Source: an uncultured bacterium
GTDB lineage: Bacteria > Patescibacteriota > JABMPQ01 > CAVVCK01
Reading direction: 5' to 3'
Assembly (NCBI GenBank): GCA_963746775.1
Contig: CAVVCK010000001.1
Coordinates: forward strand, 19,050 to 83,049
Length of the DNA: 64,000 bases
The notes under the pieces were generated by a model. That model saw only the letters and a program-made list of their open reading frames with translations, ran no database searches and was not told the DNA's origin. This document shows, one piece after another, positions 39,591-47,420 of this stretch (position 1 is its first letter; each line of letters begins with the position of its first letter). Both the position numbers and the translations under genes were made by a program.

Positions 39591-40811
39591 ATGAAAATCC
39601 TCCTAGCCAATAAATTCTACTATCTAAAAGGCGGAGCCGAACGCCACTTATTTGATTTGAAAGAATTATTAGAAGAAAACGGTCACAAGACTATTCCTTT
39701 TGCTATGCAGGATAATAAAAACGTCAACTCATCTTATTCTAAATATTTGGTAAGCCCGGTTAATTTAGAAAAATCTAGCTTTTCTCTGGAAGGAATAAAA
39801 GCAGCCGGACGAATAATTTATTCTTTTGAAGCTAGATCAAAAATGGAGGATCTAATTAAGACCGAAAAACCTGATATAGCCCATATTCATAATATTTATC
39901 ATCAAATTTCGCCTTCTATTCTAACTCCGCTCAAAAAAGCAGGTATTCCTATTGTAATGACCGTCCATGATTTTAAATTGATGTGCCCTAATTATATTTT
40001 TTATACCCAAAATAGGGTTTGTGAGCGCTGCAAAAAATATAAATACTATAATTGTGTAATCCACAAATGTGTTAAAGATTCTTATGCAGCCAGCAAGATT
40101 AATATGCTAGAAATGTATTATCACAGATTTTTAAAGATTTATAAAAATAATATTGATTTATATATTACACCCAGCCAATTTGTCAAAGACAAACTTATAG
40201 AATTTGGCTTTAATAGAAATAAAATTGAAGTTTTACCTCATTTTATAAAACAAGAACAAATTATTGAACAAAACAATTATTCAGAAAATTATATCTTATA
40301 TTTTGGCCGCCTTTCTAAAGAAAAAGGACCAGTAGTTTTATTAAAAGCAATGCAAAAGGTTAAAAATATAAAATTAAAATTAGCTGGCACAGGACCGCAA
40401 GAAAAAGAATTAAAGGATTATGTACAAAAAAATAATATGGATAATGTTGAATTCTTGGGATATTTAAAAGGTGAAAAGCTTAAAGAAGCTATTCTAAATT
40501 CCCTTTTTGTAATTATGCCCTCGGTATTTTATGAGACTTTTGGTCTAACTGTGCTAGAATCTTATACCTATGGAAAATCTGTTATAGCCTCTAATATAGG
40601 TGCTCTGCCAGAATTAGTACAAGAAGGTAAAACTGGCCTATTGTTTGAAAGTGGTAACAGTGATAACTTAGCTCAAAAAATTAATAAAATGCTTCAAAGT
40701 AGAGAAAAAATAGAAAATATGGGAAGTATGGGAAAAGAATTTAGTAAGAAATTTAATAGAGATGATTATTATGAGAAAATAAAGGAAATTTATAAGAGAA
40801 TAACCGGCTAA
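39591..40811 (+). CDS. GT4-family glycosyltransferase
   Basis: C-terminal ETFGLTVLESYTYGKSVIASNIGALPE GT-B motif. Flanked by REP-A clusters. Confidence 0.75.
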   Translation: MKILLANKFYYLKGGAERHLFDLKELLEENGHKTIPFAMQDNKNVNSSYSKYLVSPVNLEKSSFSLEGIKAAGRIIYSFEARSKMEDLIKTEKPDIAHIHNIYHQISPSILTPLKKAGIPIVMTVHDFKLMCPNYIFYTQNRVCERCKKYKYYNCVIHKCVKDSYAASKINMLEMYYHRFLKIYKNNIDLYITPSQFVKDKLIEFGFNRNKIEVLPHFIKQEQIIEQNNYSENYILYFGRLSKEKGPVVLLKAMQKVKNIKLKLAGTGPQEKELKDYVQKNNMDNVEFLGYLKGEKLKEAILNSLFVIMPSVFYETFGLTVLESYTYGKSVIASNIGALPELVQEGKTGLLFESGNSDNLAQKINKMLQSREKIENMGSMGKEFSKKFNRDDYYEKIKEIYKRITG

Positions 40812-40926
40812 AGCCGGGAAAATAACTTTTTAAAACTTACTAATACAACTTACTTAATATAAAAAGTAATTTATTTACCTGGCTTTAGTCAGATTAAAAA
40901 TGTTTTATTGGCCTGGCTTTAGCCAG
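40804..40926. repeat. REP-A cluster (ccggctaaagccgg; aatttatttacctggctttagtcag; cctggctttagccagc)
   Basis: Three palindromic copies of the same family, immediately 3' of the glycosyltransferase. Confidence 0.65.
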
Positions 40927-40951
40927 CTTTTTATTTATTATTTCTAAAAAA

Positions 40952-40976
40952 ATAGCCCCATCAGGGCTATTTTATA
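40952..40976 (+). terminator. Rho-independent terminator
   Basis: Stem atagccc/gggctat with loop catca, followed by a T-rich tail. Confidence 0.55.
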
Positions 40977-41063
40977 TTGAAACTAATTATATTAATTGGG
41001 AAGCCCACTTTCAAACGCTAATCCAGGACGGATCAACTAGGTGGGCAATTTTTCGGTAGGTTA

Positions 41064-41810
41064 TTACTCACGAGAGATGGGCGGGGTGTGCGGGGTCCAG
41101 CAGATGGAATAGCAGCCCCGATATTCCCTCTCATCGAAGCGTGGTTGTGCCAAGTATCCCTCAATTCCGCTGGAAAGACCAGCCTCCCATTCCTCGCAAG
41201 TAGGGGTTGGAGTCTCAAAATCCCAGCAGTCACCCTCGAACAACAGGGCGACGCCAGTCACGTATTCCAGAGGGCATTCACATGTTCCCGAAAACGCGAA
41301 ACCTCTCCAACCAGGCTCACTATGAGACTCATCGTCCCAAGGAAACCCGGCCAGACGGTCCCAGTCTTCACATTGTGCCTCTGAGGAAGAATCGCAGATG
41401 GGCAAATCGCTATCGGAGTCAGTGTCGTCATCAAAGTCGAAATCAGAATCGGCGTCACCGTCCGTGTCTCCGTCTACATCACCGCCACCATCTCCATCGC
41501 TATCCAAATCAGAGTCGCTGTCGGAGTCACCATCACCATCCACTTCCATATCACTGTCCGAGTCCGTATCACCGTCAGAATCACTGCCTCCATCGCTATC
41601 CATATCTCCGTCAATATCCGAGTCGCTATCGGAGTCAACATCGCTATCGCTGTCTACGTCTCCATCGACATCGCTATCGACATCCGCATCCGCATCTGCA
41701 TCATTATTTCGTGATGCATGTCCACATGCTGCCACGACCGAAGCCGCGACAACCAACATGGTCAAAAACACTACGCCCCAAAGGGCCTTCTCTTGCTGAT
41801 GCTTTCGCAT
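41064..41810 (-). CDS. GC-rich secreted lipoprotein A: conserved leader, poly-Asp/Ser/Gly acidic repeat, C-terminal 6-Cys domain
   Basis: The probable start is the second Met (41810), with RBS gaggaggaaggg upstream. Signal peptide plus lipobox (VVAACG). Repeats (DSDVDGDVDSDSD)n. The Cys-rich C-terminal domain is paralogous to that of 43142..43894. About 53% GC by eye. Confidence 0.5.
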   Translation of the reverse strand: MRKHQQEKALWGVVFLTMLVVAASVVAACGHASRNNDADADADVDSDVDGDVDSDSDVDSDSDSDIDGDMDSDGGSDSDGDTDSDSDMEVDGDGDSDSDSDLDSDGDGGGDVDGDTDGDADSDFDFDDDTDSDSDLPICDSSSEAQCEDWDRLAGFPWDDESHSEPGWRGFAFSGTCECPLEYVTGVALLFEGDCWDFETPTPTCEEWEAGLSSGIEGYLAQPRFDEREYRGCYSICWTPHTPPISRE

Positions 41811-41944
41811 CCCTTCCTCCTCAGCCCCGGAGGGCTTCATCTATAACCTACTACGAAAAGATAAAGAGCTTTCCATAGTAATTTAAGCCTTAATTTATTA
41901 TAAAATAACGATTTAAAGCCTAAATTCCTACTTTAAGATATTAA

Positions 41945-41973
41945 ATTGTGTCAATTTATAATATATTTGTCAA
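41945..41973 (-). promoter_or_regulatory. Minus-strand sigma70-like promoter of lipoprotein A (conserved module TATTGACAAATAT)
   Basis: On the minus strand: TTGACA (41968-41973), a 17-bp spacer, then CACAAT (41945-41950). The -35 module is the same as at 44063 and 46119. Confidence 0.4.
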
Positions 41974-42015
41974 TATTTTTAAGTGCTCTATATTTTAGTT
42001 CACTACTATTATAGC

Positions 42016-42747
42016 CTAAATATCCTCATCACTATAATCCAATATAGGATAATCCTCGAAACTAGAATTTATCCATTCTCTCCCCTTTTTCCTAATCCAA
42101 GTATTAAAGCTAGAAAAATTATAAAGATTTAGTTCTTCTATATTTTTTACTTTTTTGTGTTTAATAGAGTTGTTATGTATATAGTTGAAATGCTTATAGA
42201 AATCTTCTTCATCGCGAATGCAATGGTCCCAATATTGATACCATATTTTACGTTTTGAAGTATTATTTATTTTATTTAAAATCCTGGAACTATCTTTATG
42301 TATTTTTCTAATAAATTCTACTAGTTGATATTTAGACGCGAAATTCGTTTCACTCATTTCGCTATTCCTTAATTCATCACCTCTAGGATTAGCAAATTGA
42401 CTGGCCTGCCCGCCGGAGAGGCGGGAAGGAAATTTGCGTTCTGCAGCTGACGCGAAATTCACTCCGTTCATTTCGCTATTCCTTAAATCACTTTCTTTAG
42501 GATTAGCAAATTGAGCGAAGCGAAATTTGCGCTTTATATGAAATAATAAATGATAATGATTATCCATTATTACCCAAGCATAGATTTTTATATTAAATCT
42601 TTGAATAGATTTAATTAGTACGCTTTTTAATACTTCTTTTCTATTATCAGTATTAAAATAACAAATCTCTTCGTGCGTTCTAGAAGTTAAAAAATAAATC
42701 TGATTATCTCTATAAATATGTGGCGGACGATGTTTTTCTTTTGGCAT
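42016..42747 (-). mobile_element. IS200-like HuH tyrosine transposase (RAYT-2) carrying an in-frame insertion of its own REP-B palindromes
   Basis: HuH motif DNHYHLLFH. C-terminal WYQYWDHCIRDEEDFYKHFNYIHNN is RAYT-like. A roughly 70-aa segment (aa 72-140, nt 42328-42534) is encoded by two tandem REP-B units (FAQFANP appears twice). Possibly a pseudogene. Confidence 0.55.
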
Positions 42748-42756
42748 ATTTTTGTT

Positions 42757-42960
42757 TTTAGGATTAGCAAATTAAGTATAACAAAATTTGTGCTCTTTAA
42801 AATTACTAGGATTAGCAAATTGAGCTATTTATCCGCCAAAGAGGAGGAATGCGAAATTTGCGCTTTGTAAATTACCAGGATTAGCAAATTGACTGGAAGG
42901 AAATTTGCGCTACGTGTAGTAAGCGCGAAATTCCCCATTAGGGTCATTTCGCTAGTCCTG
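42757..42960. repeat. REP-B array: 3 units of AGGATTAGCAAATTGA...GGAAATTTGCGCT
   Basis: Palindromic arms GCAAATT/AATTTGC. Further copies at 42330-42545 (2 units), 45955-46070, and cores at 7205 and 36735. Confidence 0.65.
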
Positions 42961-43141
42961 ATTTTATTATTATATCAAAAAAACAGCCTATTTGCTGCTT
43001 ATGTGAAATGCTTAACTAATTGATGTGGAATTGTGAGCCCGCGTAAGATTGGATGTCTCTTACGCGGGTGTTCAAGAATGAACATGGGCTCCAGCTACCC
43101 GGGGTTACACTGGATTTTGGTAGGATTCGTTTTTTTGACGA

Positions 43142-43894
43142 CTAGAACCACTCGGGGTGGCAGTCACCGCCAGGGGGGAGGTCGCAGTAGGCGACGTTCA
43201 AGCACTCCCCGCCGGTCCTGCCGAGTGCCCGTTCCCCAGCGATCGCGTCCACCGACCCGTACGCAGCCTCAGCTTCGACGCAAGCGTCTCCGCTGTCTCC
43301 AGGACCCCAGTTCGTCGGAACCCAACATCCGTCGGGGAAACGGATAATGATCTGGGTTCCACCGGGAGTGACCTCGACAGCACCGGGACACCCTCCCCAA
43401 GCACCTGCTGCCCGCGGATGATCGAAAGCTTGACATTGCGAAATGTCGGCTTCCTCACACATGGGCTCGGGCTCGATCGGGGTCGTATCACCGTCGGAAT
43501 CGCCATCGCTGTCGGAGTCCGCGTCGCCGTCGCCGCCGTTGAGGTTGTTCTCGACGTTGACGTCGACATCGACGTTCACGTCGATCTCGGCACAATCCGC
43601 GACCCCGTTGCCGTCCTCGTCGGCGAAGCCCTCGTCGATCTGCCCGTCGCAGTCGTCGTCGATGTTGTTGCAAATCTCCGGAGCGCCGGGATAGACCGAG
43701 GGGTTGCTGTCGTTGCAGTCGCGGCCACCGTCGCCGACGGCCTCGAAGCTGTCCTGGTCGAGATCGTACACGTACGTCTCGATCGTATCCGGCCCGCAGC
43801 CGGTGTTGAAGGTCACCACGACCAGAAGGGTCGCGATGAGCGTTGCGGTTTCGATCAACTTGCCCCGAAGGGCCTTCTCGTGATGCTCTTGCAT
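43142..43894 (-). CDS. GC-rich secreted lipoprotein B: conserved leader, MopE-like Cys-rich metal-binding motif, acidic repeat, 6-Cys C-terminal domain
   Basis: Leader MQEHHEKALRG, compared with A's MRKHQQEKALWG. Lipobox FNTGCG. Motif RDCNDSNPSVYPGAPEICNNIDDDCDGQIDE. (DVNVDVDV)(DGDADSDSDGDSDGD) repeats. C-terminus aligns with A. About 65% GC by eye. Confidence 0.55.
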   Translation of the reverse strand: MQEHHEKALRGKLIETATLIATLLVVVTFNTGCGPDTIETYVYDLDQDSFEAVGDGGRDCNDSNPSVYPGAPEICNNIDDDCDGQIDEGFADEDGNGVADCAEIDVNVDVDVNVENNLNGGDGDADSDSDGDSDGDTTPIEPEPMCEEADISQCQAFDHPRAAGAWGGCPGAVEVTPGGTQIIIRFPDGCWVPTNWGPGDSGDACVEAEAAYGSVDAIAGERALGRTGGECLNVAYCDLPPGGDCHPEWF

Positions 43895-44044
43895 CTCTCT
43901 TCTCCTTGCGGCCCCTTGGGTCCGCCTTGTTTCCTCAAAAAAATCCTAGAAGGTACACCTTAAATTATTATTTATAATATTTTAAGGTGTAACTTCATTT
44001 AATTGCTATTTTTAAAGTACTACACTATTTTATTTTAACACTAT

Positions 44045-44073
44045 ATTATATCACTTTTTACTATATTTGTCAA
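44045..44073 (-). promoter_or_regulatory. Minus-strand consensus sigma70 promoter of lipoprotein B
   Basis: On the minus strand: TTGACA (44068-44073), a 17-bp spacer, then TATAAT (44045-44050). Confidence 0.55.
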
Positions 44074-44291
44074 TAGATTTCTTAATAATTCTTTATACCA
44101 GATACTAGCTTCTAAATACTATATTCTTGCCTTTTAGCAGCTCATATTTAGCATAAATCCCCTCCCTTATTATCTTGTTCTTGTGTTATCTTGTTATTTT
44201 GATTTAAGGAGGGTATTTTGCGTCAGCACAAGTATGATCTTTTTAATTTGATCAACTGTGCTGACGCAGGTGGGATTTTTGAGGTGGGAAA

Positions 44292-44624
44292 TTACCGGTG
44301 AGTGACAACCGTATGGTCGCCGTCAGACGCCTCCACGGCGCCCCATGTGCCGAGACCGACACCGGCACCGAGAGCTACGCTCCCGAAGCCGATGAGCAGC
44401 CCACAGGCCACTCGGTTCCGGTGACACCAGTCCGGCTGGGTTTCCACGGTCGTCGGACCTTCCACGTCGTCGGGAAGGGGGGTCGAGGTGACCTCGCCGT
44501 CCTCGTCCAGACCAAACTGAACGGGACGATCCTCGCGCACCACCTGAAAGGTGGACACGCCGCAACCGACCGAGCCGAACACCACGACCATCGCGATCGC
44601 CGCCAACTTCGTCATGTCTCTCAT
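44292..44624 (-). CDS. GC-rich small lipoprotein C
   Basis: Likely start MRDMTKL, with RBS aaggagaaggaaag upstream. Signal peptide plus lipobox FGSVGCG. About 60% GC by eye. The first Met at 44696 is less likely. Confidence 0.4.
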   Translation of the reverse strand: MRDMTKLAAIAMVVVFGSVGCGVSTFQVVREDRPVQFGLDEDGEVTSTPLPDDVEGPTTVETQPDWCHRNRVACGLLIGFGSVALGAGVGLGTWGAVEASDGDHTVVTHR

Positions 44625-44974
44625 CTTTCCTTCTCCTTCGTTCCTTGACCCTGCCATGACCCCCCTCTTTCTCAAGAGGAGGTCGGTTATGACCACCCTA
44701 AGGGGGGCCGTGTTTCCTTACCTCAAAATGTGAAATGTACTAACCTTGAAGGTATACCTAGAATTATTATATTTATAACAACTTAAGGCATAACTTCCCT
44801 TGTTCGCCGAAGCCTAATGGCGTAGGCGGATATTTTCTTCCTAATCTCTACTCCCTACTAACTACTAACTACTCACTAATAAAGAATTGGAAGCACCCGC
44901 GCATCAGTAGACATGGTAGGAACGAACCGAAGTTCGTCTATGTCATACTATAATGATGCGCGGGGCTTTTGAGG

Positions 44975-45655
44975 CTAGGGGCAGACTCGAGTATGCTGAC
45001 CACCGAAGTGAGTCAGCTCGATGCACCGTCGTCCGCGAGGACGGGGCGGCGCTTCTGCCACCTTCGTGGGGGTGGGGGGAACGGTGGGCTCCTCGGCGAC
45101 CGGGGTGGGCGGATTCGGCAGCCTTGGCGCAGGAGGCGTCTTGTTCGGGCTTGGGGCCTTCGCATGATCGTCCTCGTCGCAGTCGCCGCACTCTTCGATA
45201 CGGGTCAGAATTTCTTCCGCCCGGTCATCGATGTGTCCATTGACCGCTCCGACTCCTCTGTCGACCTCACTCGAGACGTGACCCTTGATGTCCGTCGCGA
45301 CACCGTCGGTGTGGGAATTGACGGCGTTGACCGTCTTTCCCAACTCCGACCGGAGCTGACCGAGGGTCACGCCGGTCGGCTGTCCCTTGACGGGTGCCGG
45401 CGCGGGGTTCGTCGGCGGGGGCGGCCGGTCGGGGGTCAGCGTGTTGTCCGCCTCCTGCGCTTCCGCGTCGCCACCGAACAGCCCGAGGGCCCAAGCTCCT
45501 CCGAATCCAAGCCCCACCAGAAGCACAACCATTACGATCGCCCACTTCCAGTGGGTCCTCACGTTGGCCGCGGCCCTGCGGATGCGCCCGGGCTGCGGTT
45601 CTTCGGTCACCGTCTCTGTCTCGGTCCCTTCTTCGGTCCCTGTCTCGTCGGCCAT
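44975..45655 (-). CDS. GC-rich single-pass membrane protein D with Pro-rich extracytoplasmic region (anti-sigma-factor-like topology)
   Basis: RBS aaaggagg. Acidic N-terminus. TM helix WAIVMVVLLVGLGFGGAWALGLF. Pro-rich segments PDRPPPPTNPAPAP and PPAPRLPNPPTP. Confidence 0.4.
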   Translation of the reverse strand: MADETGTEEGTETETVTEEPQPGRIRRAAANVRTHWKWAIVMVVLLVGLGFGGAWALGLFGGDAEAQEADNTLTPDRPPPPTNPAPAPVKGQPTGVTLGQLRSELGKTVNAVNSHTDGVATDIKGHVSSEVDRGVGAVNGHIDDRAEEILTRIEECGDCDEDDHAKAPSPNKTPPAPRLPNPPTPVAEEPTVPPTPTKVAEAPPRPRGRRCIELTHFGGQHTRVCP

Positions 45656-45954
45656 TTCTGGCCTCCTTTCTTTCTATCGTTTCCAACAATGAACTTCCAT
45701 CTTTCTTTCGATTGATTGAAGTCCGCGATTTTAAGAAACAATATTTATATTATTCCCTAAAAGCGAAACTCCAACCGTGTCCGCCAAAGCCTAATGGCGT
45801 AGGCGGATTTTTCATATAGCCTCAATTTATAAAATGTGCTCTCTTTAAAAAACAAATATCGTTTTATTAATCTTTCTTAATTAAGCTTTATTTGTCTTTT
45901 AATTATATGGATTTTAATGTGCAAGTTCTCACTAGCTCATTTCCTTAATCCTTA

Positions 45955-46070
45955 TCCCAGGATTAGCAAATTGACTGGCTTGCCCGCCGTCAGAGGCGGG
46001 AAGGAAATTTGCGTTTCGTACAGTAGGCGCGAAATTCGCTTCACTCATTTCGCTATTCCTTGATTCCAAA
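45955..46070. repeat. REP-B composite unit (isolated copy)
   Basis: caggattagcaaattgactggcttgcccgccgtcagaggcgggaaggaaatttgcg...gcgaaattcgcttcactcatttcgc matches the units at 42330-42545. Confidence 0.6.
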
Positions 46071-46100
46071 TTCCTAATTCCGTATTTTCAATAACACCGC

Positions 46101-46129
46101 AGTATAGCATATTGTAACATATTTGTCAA
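46101..46129 (-). promoter_or_regulatory. Minus-strand sigma70-like promoter upstream of protein D
   Basis: On the minus strand: TTGACA (46124-46129), a 17-bp spacer, then TATACT (46101-46106). Confidence 0.45.
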
Positions 46130-46430
46130 TACTATTTACCCACCTTTTTATATACTAAAAACAAGGCTTTTTTTGGGCTTAAATTAGACTACTCCAGATT
46201 AGACTTTTCTAAAAACATTGTTTTTATATAAAATATCTTTTTGCAAAATATTCGTAACAGCCTTACGGCTGTTAATCTTGATAATATTATTTTTTAGGAC
46301 TACCACTCGTAATGATGTTATTGTTTTAATAAAATTCTACATTCTAATGGATTTTTGCCCGCGCCAGAACTTATTAAGTTAAGACGCGGGCTATGAGATG
46401 CAGCGAACTAGTCGCTGCTTTGAGGTAGGA

Positions 46431-47420
46431 TCATGGAGGTGCTGCCCGGTAGGCTATCCCTATCTTGTCTTGCACCACGGCTTGACCGAGGTGCTCTGGA
46501 GTATCAGGTGGAATTTCTGAAATGTACGTATTCCACCCTGCTCCACAGACCGATAGGAAGAGATAGCGATCTCCCCTGCCGCGCAGCTCAGCGTACTGCC
46601 AGCCTCTCCATTGCCCCCGGCTTATCAACTGCCCAGGGATAAATGTCGGACTGACGTCTTCGCCAAAAACTGCTACGCAGGAGAAATACTCACTTCTCCA
46701 CCAAAGCCCCCGACCCCTACGGAAAATATTATCTACCGAGCCTTGATAGGTGGGGCTTTTCAACACCAGATTCCGTGGAGGTGGCGAACGCGGCTCAATC
46801 CGCTTGGAAGCCTGCTTTTTCGCCTTTGTCGCCTGAATCGGCCGACGCACCACCTTGCTGTGCGACAAACCCAGAGACTGAAACCACGGAGAAGGAGAAG
46901 GCACAGAAATCCAAATAATATAACCCAAACCAGCCAAAATCGATACTAGGCAAAAACCGACGAAAACACGCAATTTCCAAGGCGAGGGCTGCCAGCCCAT
47001 ATAATCAATCTCGATTTCTTTTTCAGAAGAGTCATCTTCACTATCTGAATCAGAACCAGTCTTGACGTCGCCATGGTCTTCTTCAAAATCAGCACTATTG
47101 ACACTCTCTTCCGGAGAGCTACCATCACTCTGATTTTCCGAGTTGGCTCCCCCCTTGCCATCTTGACTTTCTCCAATCCCGATTATTGACTTCCAAGTTA
47201 AATCCTCGGGGTCAATTCCGGAATATCCCGGCACTGTGCTATCCCCTCTCAGGGGACTTTCCGAACATATTCTCACAGAACGGGGAGGCTCCGGCGGCCT
47301 TAAGATATGACGAGAAGGAGGAACAAGCCCCCTTAACTCAGACATACAATATCCACAATTCGTACAAAAAGCATATTCTACCTCATGTCCACACTTCGGA
47401 CACTTTTTCATCTCACTCAT
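46431..47420 (-). CDS. Zinc-ribbon membrane protein E
   Basis: N-terminal zinc ribbon CPKCGHEVEYAFCTNCGYC. Acidic S/D/E segment. One TM helix VFVGFCLVSILAGLGYIIWISV. C-terminal domain of unknown function. About 50% GC by eye. Confidence 0.4.
   Translation of the reverse strand: MSEMKKCPKCGHEVEYAFCTNCGYCMSELRGLVPPSRHILRPPEPPRSVRICSESPLRGDSTVPGYSGIDPEDLTWKSIIGIGESQDGKGGANSENQSDGSSPEESVNSADFEEDHGDVKTGSDSDSEDDSSEKEIEIDYMGWQPSPWKLRVFVGFCLVSILAGLGYIIWISVPSPSPWFQSLGLSHSKVVRRPIQATKAKKQASKRIEPRSPPPRNLVLKSPTYQGSVDNIFRRGRGLWWRSEYFSCVAVFGEDVSPTFIPGQLISRGQWRGWQYAELRGRGDRYLFLSVCGAGWNTYISEIPPDTPEHLGQAVVQDKIGIAYRAAPP

Noticed and set aside
41088-45819. Plus-strand ORFs inside the GC-rich segments (41207-41878, 41398-41799, 43157-43963, 43443-43694, 43488-43673, 44298-44648, 44953-45243, 44969-45715, 45387-45692, 45394-45819, 41088-41384)
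   Set aside because: These are antisense to minus-strand ORFs that have signal peptides, RBSs and promoters. Long stop-free frames are expected by chance in 60-65% GC DNA. Their products are low-complexity (Ser/Pro/Arg runs) translations of the antisense of the Asp/Ser repeats.
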